Assembly (NCBI GenBank): GCA_965153355.1
Contig: OZ231126.1
Span: 40,176,001 to 40,240,000, forward strand
DNA from: Flaccisagitta enflata
Lineage: Eukaryota
Direction: 5' to 3'
DNA: 64,000 bases
The notes below the pieces were generated by a model. That model saw nothing but the letters and a program-made list of their open reading frames with translations, was not told the DNA's origin and ran no database searches. A program made the translations under genes and the position numbers. Shown in pieces: positions 1 to 34,866 of this stretch; within the stretch, counting starts at the first letter, position 1, and every line of letters starts with the position of its first letter.

Positions 1-453
1 TCGGTTAGAGATGCAATGACGCATACAAAAACAAGAAAAAGAAATTCATCTTATCGTAAAGTTTGAATAAGAAGATAGATAAAATAAATTTGATACTCTA
101 AAGGCGATCCTCCTCATCGCCACCAAGAAAGAAAGTATATCTGCATGAGAGATAGAAAAATTTATGGACTGGAAGAACGGGTATAAATTTCCATTTTTAA
201 GAAAACCAGTGACGGGTGGCACAATAACCACATTCTCGATGACAATTGAAGATAATGAGATTTTTTCATCCTTTCTCTCCTCTTTTTCTAACTCCATTTT
301 TTCTTCTCCGCTCAGACTCTCATTTTCTTAGATCTTCGTTCGATTTGTTATTTTCTTGGTCGATTTGTCTGTCGCTCTGTGGATCTCATTGCTGGTTCGT
401 CTAACTGTTTGTCTGTTTGTCGATCAATCTTACTGACTATGTTTGAAGGTGTG

Positions 454-507
<54 letters not shown>

Positions 508-509
<2 letters not shown>

Positions 510-1827
510 GGGTGGCTTAAAGTGGGGTCATTTTCAAAATTAGCGTTGCCATTGGAGGAAATGAGACCATTTCCATCATAAATTTCATCCAATCCAAATT
601 CCATCCAAAATTTTAGGGTAATTGGATGAAGTTCACTCATGACCGCCACCCCCCTATTTTCAATAGGAAATATACAGGAATGATTTTCTCCTCCAATGCT
701 TCCTATACTTTACAGTGCGGCGCACAAAAAACAGGACAGTACATTTCTCTATATTTCTAGGCTCAAAATAATAGCATCATATCTTTATTGGTGACCAATT
801 TGAAGCTCTTTGAAAGACAAAGCCCTTGCCGCAAACCGCTTTTAAATCGGTTAATTTGTTTGGACGCAGTGACGCTCTGACGAGAAGCTATAAGAAATAG
901 AATGGGAAAAAACTAACTATGGAAAAAAACAAAAAGCGAACCACTTGTTTGTTAGTTTTTCACATCCATGCAATGAGAAAAACATAGCAAAATCCATGAC
1001 CATTTTGAAGCTCTGCAAAAGATCTTTCAAATGAGACCTTTCTGGATGCCCTGACTCAAACCGTTTAGAAATTTACCACGTGATTTTAAGGGGTTATCTT
1101 TATTCTAACATAAAAATTAGACTCATTGAGTTAGATATTTGTTCATAGCGCCATTTTAAAAAGAATTTAAAGCTCTTTAATTTGCCCCTGGATATCGAGT
1201 ATAAAAGAAAATCCTAAGCTTAATCATTGACAAAAACCGAAAGACTTTAAATGCTTGTTGGAAAAATTTGAAATAAGCACTTATTTCAATCAGCGATTTT
1301 TTTCTTCAAACCATCGCCATTTCTAAATAAATGAAGCTACAATGACCAGCAACATCGCATTTCGAAGATTTTTTGCAGGGCTTTCAAACGGTCATGAATT
1401 CTTTGTGTCTCAGGTCAACAGTTAAGCAGAAACTAGCATTACAAAGTGTCCTTTGCCATAGTTACTTTTACAGTTTGGTGCCACCTTACCATTGACTACC
1501 TCGCCAACTTATTTCCCTCAATGCCACGTTCTATGGAGCTTGTCATCCAGGCCGAAGGCGGATTCATCAACTACAAACTACATGAGTGACATATTCATCC
1601 GTATTTGGTTTGAACAATCCATTTTTGCGCATTAAAATACTATTGATACAAACTATCCTGTTTTTAATGCGGCGCACTGTATAATGGGAAAGGGGTGGGG
1701 TGGCGGTCATGAGTAAACTTCATTTGATCACCCCCAAGTTTGGGATTCTTCATGTATGAGGTAAATGATCACATTTTCTCCAATGGCATCATGAGATTTG
1801 ACTATGAGCCCACTTCAGGTCACCCTA
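508..1827. mobile_element. hAT-type MITE (TAGGGTG...CACCCTA) carrying a nested MITE
   Basis: Imperfect TIRs of about 23 bp; 8-bp TSD GTGTGTGT at the end of a (GT)n tract. Confidence 0.75.
713..1679. mobile_element. Tc1/mariner-type MITE nested in the hAT MITE
   Basis: TA|CAGTGCGGCGCACAAAAAACAGGACAGT...ACTATCCTGTTTTTAATGCGGCGCACTG|TA. Confidence 0.85.
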
Positions 1828-1936
1828 GTGTGTGTGTTTCTTTTATCTATTCCTCTATCGCCATTTTCCCTTCCACTTTTTCTCATTTTCGTTCCTCTCC
1901 ATCCACAATTTTCTCCCTTTCTTCTCTTTCCCTCTC

Positions 1937-2540
1937 CTTTTTGGGCAGCGGCTCCAAAGGGGTCCATGACCTATGCTTTCACACATATGGGGGATTTTCT
2001 CCTCTTTCTCCGTCCGTCCGTCCGTCCGTCCCCCCAGTCTCGAGGCCCAAGTCCCAGTGCCGAGACCCAAATTCCAGTCTCGTGGCCCAAATCCTATCCA
2101 AAAGGCCGAAATCCTAGCCTCAAGGCCCAAATCCTAGCCTGGAGGCCCAAATCCCAGCCTTAGGGCCCAAATCTCATCCTTGGGGCTCAAATTCCAGCCA
2201 TGAGGCCAAATCTAAGCCTCGAGGCTCATATCCCAGCCTCAAGGATGAGATTTGGGTCTCAAGGCTGGGATTTGGGGTTCCAGGCTAGGATTTGGGCCTT
2301 GAGGATAGGATTTTGGCCTTTTGGATAGGATTTGGGCCACGAGACTGGGATTTTAGTCTCGGGACTGGGATTTGGGCTTCAAGATTGGGGGGGTGGGTGG
2401 GTGGACGGAGGAGGAGGAGAAAATCCCTCATATGTGTGAAAGATAGGTCATCAACCCTTCAGGGCTGCCTGCTTCCTTCAACTTCAAGCACAACCTACTA
2501 GGCAGGGCACGGGCATGCTGACCATCTAGCGCTTTTGAGT
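1937..2540 (+). mobile_element. Helentron/DINE-like element, family 1 (TTTTGGGCAGCGG), with inverted arms of 20-bp repeats
   Basis: Sub-terminal inverted repeat, (GTCC)n, central GGCCCAAATCCCAGCCTC-type repeats in forward then reverse orientation; multiple copies in the window. Confidence 0.75.
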
Positions 2541-2629
2541 ATTTTCTTTCTCTTCTTTTTTCTTCTTTCTTGTTTTTTTTCTTTTTTTTCTTTCATTCTT
2601 TCTTTCTTTCTTGCTTTCTGTTTTTCTTT

Positions 2630-2724
<95 letters not shown>

Positions 2725-3002
2725 GTGTTTTTGTTTATCTGTGCGTGTGCAAGACACAGTTCAAGGGACGTCCGGGACGTCCGGAATGTCCTAATTTGTC
2801 GGTCTAAGATTGGAGTCAGTCAAAGTTTTAAATGCAAAATTCAGTTAAAAAATGATTGTTGAATGTTTGAACTCTACCGCTAAATAAAGATGAATCTTAT
2901 TTTCAAAAAAGGTTTCTTATTGTTTTTAGATTGACTTTAGTCTAAGATCTACCAGGCACCTTTCTGTTGTAGAGACATCTCTGGATGTTTGTGCAGGCAA
3001 CT

Positions 3003-3076
<74 letters not shown>

Positions 3077-3695
3077 ATGATTCCCCATAAGCGTGAATCG
3101 TGATTGTCGTTAAATTTTATGATGACAAACCCTCATGTTCAGCAATGAGCCCATTAGCTATTATAAAAGGCGGCTCTCTTGAAACTGGCAATTCACGAAC
3201 TCTCATGTGATAAACCATTTCCCCAATAAGAGCAGCGGCCTCAAAGTGATAATCTATACTGATGAACCTCACCAAGATAAGTAACCTCTACTTAATACAG
3301 AACTGCAAATAATCAGGGTACCCAAATAATCTCAGGACCTATTATAGGCTATTTCCCACGGACTGTAGAAAAACTAATTTTGAGTGAACAAATCCGAATG
3401 CTGAAAATACCGGAAGGACGATAAAAAAAATTGAAAAAGCAACTTTTCTTGGAGGTCTTCCGAAAAAAGTTACTTTCTCTCATCAAACACCCAGTTTAGC
3501 TCATTACTTAGATTGTCTCATTGACCCTGGAAACAAAATCGCATTATTGTCTAATCCAGGCCTTTTATACCAAATAAACCAAAAATTGCAGCGTTCAGGT
3601 ACTGATAGCCCCACATTGACTTTGGCTATACAGACATAGTTCTCCCTCTCAGTTCTCTCTTCCTCTCAGTTTTGAAATCACAACTCATATAACTC

Positions 3696-3796
<101 letters not shown>

Positions 3797-3847
3797 GCAC
3801 GATATCGCTCTCACGTGTGATGTTAGCCTATTCAGTTGGGATCTCAC

Positions 3848-26649
<22,802 letters not shown>

Positions 26650-26851
26650 CTGACATGACATTGCAGAGAGAAAAGAGAGGAAGTGATGACATGAACTGAA
26701 ATGAAAAATTGTTTGGCTTTAGTATCTCTATGGTGCCACGGGAGCACGATATCGCAGTGATCCTGACATGAGATAGAAGTAATCAAGTATAAACTCATGC
26801 CTTAAGACTAGATAATGTCAATTTTCCAACTGAATAAGTTTGACTTAAAGG

Positions 26852-27086
26852 AACAAGGCCGGATACACGGCTACCCCAGTCGCGTGCGGGTGGGCAGGGG
26901 CCATAATTGAGGTCAGTGGAGCATTTGGGCAGGAGCAGTGAGGCCAAAAAACCCATTAACGCCGAAAAAGTAAAGTGTGACGGACGGACCCACGGACAGA
27001 CCAACGGACGGACGGACCGACGGACCAACGGACGGACGGACCGACAAAGCAGGGTGTAGAGTCGCGTGGCACGCGACTAAAAAAAA
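26852..27086 (-). mobile_element. Family-2 element, reference-like copy; other copies or fragments at about 10005, 10617, 19316, 36497, 42625, 45974, 46770, 48170, 53047, 54089, 56005, 57559, 57861 and 62360
   Basis: Plus strand reads AACAAGGCCGGATACACGGC...(GGAC)n...TAGAGTCGCGTGGCACGCGACTAAAA. Confidence 0.85.
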
Positions 27087-27467
27087 CTGAAGTATTCTCG
27101 TTTTGACCTGTGCTAATTGGCCTTAATCATATCTATTGAAACAAACTAAAGCGATTTCTGTAATTCAAACAGATAAGCCGGTATCATTTTGTACGGGTTC
27201 GTTTTGACTGAGATTTTAGATTATTAGAAAAATGATCAAGAATTAATGTGGATGGTTGGTCATGGTTTTGGTCCACAAAGAGTAAGTCACAATCTTTTAG
27301 CCCAGTGATGCGTAGAATGGTTTTACAGGAAACAATTATTTTGCGTAGTTTAGCAGTTTAGTTCCGTAGTTTACTTATTCAGTGAACTGTGTAATCTGTG
27401 TAACTGTGTAATCAGGAATCTGGGCTTTCAATCCATATGATCCCCGGTGAAAAGTCCAAAGAAAAAA

Positions 27468-28213
27468 ATAGTCGCAAAAGCGTTAGATGGTCAGCGGTAC
27501 CCGTTGCCCCTATGTGAGTGTATGAGGGTGTGAGGTGGTGAGAGGGGCAGCGGCCCCGAAGGAGCCGATGACCTATGCTGTTTTTATTTGAGCCTGGAGG
27601 CTGGAATTGGGGCATTGAAGCTGGGATTTGAGCTAAGAGGCGGGGATTTTAGCCTTGTGGCTGAGATTTGAGCCTTGAGACTGGGATTTGAGCCTCAAGG
27701 TTGGGGTTTGAGCCTGGAGGCTAAGATTTGTGCCTCGAGGTTGGGGTTTGAGCCTCGAGGCTGTGATTTGGGCCTTGAGGCTGTAATTTGGGCCTTGAGG
27801 CTGTGATTAGGGCCTTGAGGCTGGGATTAAGGCCTTGAGGCTGGGATTTGGGCCTTGAGGCTGAGATTTGGGCCTTGAGGCTGGGATTTGGGCCTTGAGG
27901 CTGGGATTTGGGCCTTGAGGCTGGGATTTGGGCCTCAAGGCTGGGATTTGGGCCTTGAGGCTGGGATTTGGGCCTTGAGGCTGGGATTTGGGCCTTGAGG
28001 CTGGGATTTAGGCCTCAATGCTGGGATTTGGGCCTTGAGGCTGGGATTTGGGCCTTGAGGCTTGGATTTGGGCCTCAAGGCTGGGATTTGGGCCATAAGG
28101 CTGAAAGCGGGGGGGGGACGGAGAAGGAGAAGAAGGAGGAGGAGAAGGAGGAGGAGAAATTTCCCCTGTGTGAAAGCATAGGTCATCGGCCCCTTCGGGG
28201 CCGCTGCCCAAAA
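27468..28213 (-). mobile_element. Family-1 element with an expanded 20-bp repeat, left of the satellite
   Basis: Sub-terminal inverted repeat GGGCAGCGGCCCCGAAGG.GCCGATGACCTATGCT; (CTGGGATTTGGGCCTTGAGG)n. Confidence 0.85.
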
Positions 28214-29989
28214 GGGCCTTAAAGGGCCTTAAAGTGCTTTAAAGGGCCTTAAAGGGCCTCAAAGGGCCTGAAAGGGCCTTAAAGGGCCTTAAAGGGCATC
28301 AAAGGGCCTTTCTCAAAAGGCTTTCCTTAAAGGGCCTTAAAGGGCCTTAAAGGGCCTTAAAGGGCCTTCCTTTAAGGGCCTTCCTTAAAGGGCCTTAAAG
28401 GGCCTTAAAGGGCCTTGAAGGGCCTTAAAGGGCTTTAAAGGGCTTTGAAGGGCTCAAAAGGGCCGTAAAGGTCCTTAAAGGGTATTAAACAGCCTTAAAG
28501 GGTCTTAAAGGGCCTTAAAGGGCCTTAAAGGGCCTTAAAGGGCCTAAAAGGGCTTTAAAAGGCCTTAAAGGGCCTAAAAGGGCCTTAAAGGGTCTTAAGG
28601 GGCGTAAAAAGGCCTTAAAGGGCCTTAAAGGGCCTTAAAGGGCCTAAATGGGCCTTGAAGGCCCTCAAAAGGTCTCAAAGGGCCTTAAAGGGCCTTAAAG
28701 GGCCTTCCTCAAAAGGCTTTCCTTAAAGGGCCTTAAAGGGCCTTAAAGGGCCTTAAAGGGCCTTAAAGGGCCTTCCTTAAAGGGCCTTCCTTAAAGGGCC
28801 TTAAAGGGCCTTTAAGGGCCTTATAGGGCCTTAAAGGGCCTTTCTCAGAGGCCTTCCTCAAAGGGCCTCAAAGGGCTTTAAAGGGCCTAAAAGGGCCTTA
28901 AAGGGCCTTAAAGGGCCTTAAAGGGCCTTAAAGGGTCTCAAAGGGTCTTAAAGGGTCTTAAAGGGCCTTAAAGGGGCTCAAAGGGCCTTCCTCACAGGGC
29001 CTTCCTTAAAGGGCCTTCCTTAAAGAGCCTTGAAGGGCCTTAAAGGGCCTTAAAGGGCCTTAAAGGGCCTTCCTTAAAGGGCCTTAAAGGGCCTTAAAGG
29101 GCCTTAAAGGGCTTTAAAGGTCCTTAAAGGGCCTTAAAGGGCCTTCCTAAAGGGCCTTCCTTAATGGGCCTTAAAGGGCCTTAAAGGGCCTTAAAGGGCT
29201 TTAAAGGGCCTTGAAGGGCCCTAAAGAGTCTTAAAGGGCCTTAAAGGGCCTTAAGGGCCTTAAAGGGTCTTATAGGGCCTTAAAGGGCCTTAAAGTGCCT
29301 TAAAGGGCTTTAAAGGCCTTCCTTAAAGGGCCTTAAAGGGTCTTAAAAGGCCTTAAAGGGCTTTAAAGGGTCTTAAAGGGCCTTAAAGGGCCTCTCTTAG
29401 AGGCCTTCCTTAAAGGGCCTCAAAGGGCTTCAAAGGGCCTGAAAGGGCCTTTAAGGGCCTTAAAGGGCCTCAAAGGGTCTTAAAGGGCCTTAAAGGGCCT
29501 TAAAGGGCCTCAAAGGGCCTTCCTCAAAGGTTCTTCCTTAAAGGGCCTTGAAGGGCCTTAAAGGGCCTTAAGGGGCCTTAAAGGGCCTTAAAGGGCCTTA
29601 AAGGGCCTTAAAGGGCCTTAAAGGTATTTAAAGGGCCATAAAGGGCCTTAAAGGGCCTTAAAGAGCCTTCCTTAAAGGGCCTTCCTTAATGGGCCTTAAA
29701 GGGCCTTTAAGGGCCTTAAAGGGCTTTAAAGGGCCTTCAAGGGCCCTAAAGGGTCTCAAAGGGCCTAAAAGGCCTTAAAAGGGCCTTAAAGGGCCTTCCT
29801 TACAGGGCCTTCCTTAATGGACCTTAAAGGGCCTTAAAGGGCCTTAAAGGGCCTTAAAGGGCCTTCCTTAAAGGGCCTTCCTTAATAGGCCTTAAAGGGC
29901 CTTAAAGGGCCTTAAAAGGCTTTAAAGGGCCTTGAAGGGCCCTAAAGAGTCTCAAAGGGCCTTAAAGGGCCTTAAAGGGCCTTAAAGGG
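28211..29989. repeat. (AAAGGGCCTT)n 10-bp satellite, left part
   Basis: Direct reading; recurring CCTTCCTT and TCTCAGAGG variants. Confidence 0.98.
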
Positions 29990-32900
29990 TAGGACAGGGG
30001 TTCTGACACAAATTTTGGCAGATCCTTCTTGTTAACGGCACTTTGGCTCAAAATCAATGTAGTATTAATGTTCTGCCTTCAAAAGTCGCATTGGGTATCA
30101 GGAAATTGTGACCGCCACCCCCCCACCCCCCCTCAGAAGGTGGTGACCTTCTTTTGCTAATAAATTCTAAATGGATCATTCAAAAAGCCTGGTGATGGTC
30201 TCATTTGAAAGGTATTTATGTGAAGAACATGAAAGATTACTGATATGAAAGAGGGGTCCCAAGGGGGGCCCCTAAGGGGCCCCTAAAGTGATTGAAGGGG
30301 CCCCCAAAGCATCCAATACATGAAAATGTGCAATGATTTGTTAAAAAAAACTAGGTAATGGTGTCATTTAAAACGTTTCTACCCATAGAATATGAAAAAT
30401 TACTGATATGGAAGAGGGGGCTCCAAAGGGGCCCCTAAAGAACCCCAAAGAGGTTAAAGGGGCCCTTGAAGGATCTATAACCATAAAAATGTAGATTGGA
30501 CTCTTTGATAAATCTGATTGTGGTGTTTTTGGAAGGTATCTATGTGGAGAACATAAAATGTTATTGACATGGATGATGGGGTCCCTAGGTGGGCGCTCAG
30601 GGCCTTCAAAGGAATTGAAGAGGACCCCAAAGGATCTAAAGTCTTGAAACTTTAAAATGAATTGTTCAAAAAATCTGAAAGTGGTCTCATTTAGAAGGTA
30701 TTTACATAAAAAACATAAAACGTTACTGACATGGAAAATTTGGTTCCCAGGGGGCCCCTGAGGAGCCGCTAAGGAGAAAACAGGGCGCCAATGAATCTAA
30801 AATCATAAAAATCTTGGATTGTCATAGTTTTTTCGAAAAGACAGACCAAAATAAACAAATATAGGTATACAGACAGACAGACGGACAAAAAGACAGACAC
30901 ACAAAAAGACAGACAGACAAATGGGCGGATAAACCAAGAGAGTGACAGTGCAGAGTGTGGAATTTAGTTGAATTTAGCTAGGCAATCAGTTATGGATGTC
31001 AACTCCTATGTGTCAAAATTTTCTGTTTATCTTGACACATAGGAGTTTACATCCATAACTGATTGCCCAGCTAAACTCAACTGAACTCCACACTCTGCAC
31101 TCTCACTCTCTAGGTTTATCCACCCATTTGTCTCTGTCTTTTAGTCCGTCTGTCTGTCTGTATACCTATCTGTTTGTTTATTTTGGTCTGTCTTTAAGAG
31201 AAAACTATGACAATTCAAGATATTCATGATTTTGGATTCATTGGGTCCCTCTTTGACTCCTTAGCGGCTCCTTAAGGGAACCAAATTTTCCATATCAGTA
31301 ACGTTTTATGTTTTTTATGTAAATACCTTCCAAATGAGACCACTACCTTTTCAACAATTCATTTCAAATTTTCAAGACTTAAGATCCTTTGGGGTCCTCT
31401 TCAATCTCTTTGGGGGCCCTAAGCAGCCACCTAGGGACCTTATCATCCATGTCAATAACATTTCATGTTCTCCACGTAGATACCTTCCAAAAACACCACA
31501 ATCAGATTTAACAAAGAGTCCAATCTACATTTTCATGGTTATAGATCCTTCAAGGGCCCCTTTAACCTCTTAGGGCCCCCTTTGGAGCCCCCTCTTTCAT
31601 ATCAGTAATTTTTCATATTCTATGGGTAGAAATGTCTTAAATGACACCATTACCTAGTTTTTTTTTATCAATCATTGCACATTTTCATGTATTGGATGCT
31701 TTGGGAGCCTTTCAATCACTTCAGGGGCCCCTTAGGGGCCCCCCTTTGGACCCCTCTTTCATATCAGTAATCTCTCATGTTCTCCACGTAAATACATTTC
31801 AAATGAGACCATCAGCAGGCTTTTTGAATGATCCATTTAGAATTTATTAGCAAAAGAAGGCGAATTGCTTAATCTTTAGAGGTCACTACCTTCTGAGGGG
31901 GGTGGGGGGGGTGGCGGTCACAATTTCCTGATACCCAATGCAACTTTTGAAGGCAGAACATTAATACTACATTGATTTTGAGCCAAAGTGCCGTTAACAA
32001 GAAGGATCTGCCAAAATTTGTGTAAGAACCTTGCCGTGTCGGTCGGTAGGTCAGTCAGTATGTCCGTCCGCCCGTCCATCCGTCCGTACGTCCGTCTGTC
32101 TGTCTGTATACCTATCTGTTTGTTTATTTTGGTCTGTCTTTAAGAGAAAACTATGACAATTCAAGATATTCATGATTTTGGATTCATTGGGTCCCTCTTT
32201 GACTCCTTAGCGGCTCCTTAAGGGCCCCCTGGGAACCAAATTTTCCATATCAGTAACGTTTTATGTTTTTTATGTAAATACCTTCCAAATGAGACCACTA
32301 CCTTTTCAACAATTCATTTCAAATTTTCAAGACTTAAGATCCTTTGGGGTCCTCTTCAATCTCTTTGGGGGCCCTAAGCAGCCACCTAGGGACCTTATCA
32401 TCCATGTCAATAACATTTCATGTTCTCCACGTAGATACCTTCCAAAAACACCACAATCAGATTTAACAAAGAGTCCAATCTACATTTTCATGGTTATAGA
32501 TCCTTCAAGGGCCCCTTTAACCTCTTAGGGCCCCCTTTGGAGCCCCCTCTTTCATATCAGTAATTTTTCATATTCTATGGGTAGAAACGTTTTAAATGAC
32601 ACCATTACCTAGTTTTTTTTAACAAATCATTGCACATTTTCATGTATTGGATGCTTTGGGAGCCCTTCAATCACTTCAGGGGCCCCTTAGGGGCCCCCCT
32701 TGGGACCCCTCTTTCATATCAGTAATCTCTCATGTTCTCCACGTAAATACATTTCAAATGAGACCATCAGCAGGCTTTTTGAATGATCCATTTAGAATTT
32801 ATTAGCAAAGGAAGGCGAATTGCTTAATCTTTAGAGGTCACTACCTTCTGAGGGGGGGTGGGGGGGTGGCGGTCACAATTTCCTGATACCCAATGCAACT

Positions 32901-32994
32901 TTTGAAGGCAGAACATTAATACTACATTGATTTTGAGCCAAAGTGCCGTTAACAAGAAGGATCTGCCAAAATTTGTGTAAGAACCCCTGTCCTA
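29990..32994. mobile_element. 3005-bp non-autonomous hAT-type foldback element with a duplicated right arm
   Basis: TAGGACAGGGGTTCT...AGAACCCCTGTCCTA, 8-bp TSD TTAAAGGG; inverted arms of about 1 kb centred near 31025; right arm repeated at a 955-bp period. Confidence 0.88.
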
Positions 32995-34382
32995 TTAAAG
33001 GGCCTTAAAGGGTCTTATAGGGCCTTAAAGGGCCTTAAAGGGCCTTAAAAGGCTTTAAAGGGCCTTCCTTAAAGGTCCTGAAAGGGTCTTAAAGGGCCTT
33101 AAAGGGCTTTAAAGGGCCTTAAAGGGCCTTAAAGGGCCTTAAAGGGCCTTAAAGGGTCTTAAAGGGCCTTAAAGGGCCTTCCTCAAAGGGTCTTCCTGAA
33201 AGGGCCTTGAAGGGCCTTAAGGGGCCTTAAAGGGCCTTAAAGGGCCTTCCTTATAGGGCCCTAAAGGGTCTTAAAGGGCCTTAAAGGGCTTTAAAGGGCC
33301 CTAAAGGGCCTTAAAGGGCCTTAAAGGGCCTTAAAGGGCCTTAAAGGGCCTCAAAGGGCCTTCCTCAAAAGGCTTTCCTTAAAAGGCCTTAAAGGGCCTT
33401 AAAGGGTCTTAATAGGCTTAAAAGGGCCTTAAAGGGCCTTAAAGGGCCTTAAAGGGCCTTAAAGGGCCTTCCTTAAAGGGCCTTCCTTAAAGGGCCTTAA
33501 AGGGCCTTAAAGGGCCTTTAAGGGCCTTAAAGGGCCTTAAAGGGCCTTTCTCAGAGGCCTTCCTCAAAGGGCCTTCCTTAAAGAGCCTTGAAAGGCCTTA
33601 AAGGGCCTTAAAGGGCCTTCCTCAGAGGGCCTTCCTTAATGGGCCTTAAAGGGCCTTAAAGGGCCTTAAAGGGCTTTAAAGGGCCTTGAAGGGCCCTAAA
33701 GAGTCTTAAAGGGCCTTAAAGGGGCCTTAAAAGGCCTTAAAGGGCCTTAAAGGGTCTTAAAGGGCCTTAAAGGGCTTTAAAGGGCCTTCCTTAAAGGGCC
33801 TTAAAGGGTCTTAAAAGGCCTTAAAGGGCTTTAAAGGGCCTTAAAGGGCCTTAAAGGGCCTTAAAGGGCCTTAAAGGGCCTTAAAGGGCCTCAAAGGGCC
33901 TTCCTCAAAGGGTCTTCCTTAAAGGGCCTTGAAGGGCCTTAAAGGGCCTTAAGGGGCCTTAAAGGGCCTTAAAGGGCCTTAAAGGTATTTAAAGGGCCAT
34001 AAAGGGCCTTAAAGGGCCTTAAAGAGCCTTCCTTAAAGGGCCTTCCTTAAAGGGCCTTCCTTAATGGGCCTTAAAGGGCCTTAAAGGTCCTTAAAAGGCT
34101 TTAAAGGGCCTTCAAGGGCCCTAAAGGGTCTCAAAGGGCCTAAAAGGCCTTAAAAGGGCCTTAAAGGGCCTAAAAGGGCCTTAAAGGGCCTTAAAGGGCC
34201 TTTCTCAGAGGCCTTCCTCAAAGGGCCTCAAAGGGCTTTGAAGGGCCTAAAAGGGCCTTAAAGGGCCTTAAAGGGTCTTAAAGGGCCTTAGAGGGCCTCA
34301 AAGGGTCTTAAAGGGCCTTAAAGGGCCTTAAAGGGGCTCAAAGGGCCTTCCTCACAGGGCCTTCCTTAAAGGGCCTTCCTTC
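32995..34382. repeat. (AAAGGGCCTT)n 10-bp satellite, right part
   Basis: Same unit and same variant blocks as the left part. Confidence 0.98.
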
Positions 34383-34866
34383 CGCAAAAGCGTTAGATGG
34401 TCAGCGGTACCCGTTGCCCCTATGTGAGTGTTTGGGTGTAAGGTGGTTAGAGGGGCAGCGGCCCCGAAGGGGCCGATGACCTATGCTGTTTTTATTTGAG
34501 CCTCAAGGCTTGGATTAGGGCCTGGAGGCTGGCATTGGGATTTGAGCCTCAAGGCTGAGATTTAAGCCTCGAGGCTGGGATTAGAGCCTCGAGGCTGAGA
34601 TTTGAGCCTCAAGGCTGGGATCTAAGCCTCGAGGCTGGAATTTGAGCATCCAGGCTAGGATTTAGGCCTCCAGGCTGGGAGTTGAGACTCCAGGCTGGGA
34701 TTTGAGCCTCCAGGCTGGGATTTGAGTTTCCAGGCTGGGATTTGAGCCTCGAAGCTAGGATTTGAGCCTCGAGGGGGGGGGGGTACGCTGGAGAAGGAGG
34801 AGGAGGAGAAAATTCCCCTGTGTGAAAGCATAGGTCATCGGCCCCTTCGGGGCCGCTGCCCAAAAA
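34383..34866 (-). mobile_element. Family-1 element, right of the satellite
   Basis: Shares CGCAAAAGCGTTAGATGGTCAGCGGTACCCGTTGCCCCTATGTGAGTGT with the 27468 copy. Confidence 0.85.

Noticed and set aside
46-297. Minus-strand ORF as the next esterase exon
   Set aside because: It lacks the expected WVxxNIxxFGGDP and GxSxG motifs.
29990-32994. TA TSD (Tc1/mariner) reading of the foldback
   Set aside because: The 8-bp TSD restores the consensus satellite and fits the TAGG ends of the other hAT-type elements.
28211-34382. Interstitial telomere (TTAAAGGGCC resembles TTAGGG)
   Set aside because: It is not a telomeric unit I recognise, G/C skew is weak, and the higher-order blocks point to recombination; it cannot be fully excluded without chromosome-end data.
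27468-34866. LTR retrotransposon reading of the direct repeats
   Set aside because: No TG..CA ends, primer-binding site, polypurine tract or gag/pol; the flanks are a dispersed element found singly elsewhere in the window.
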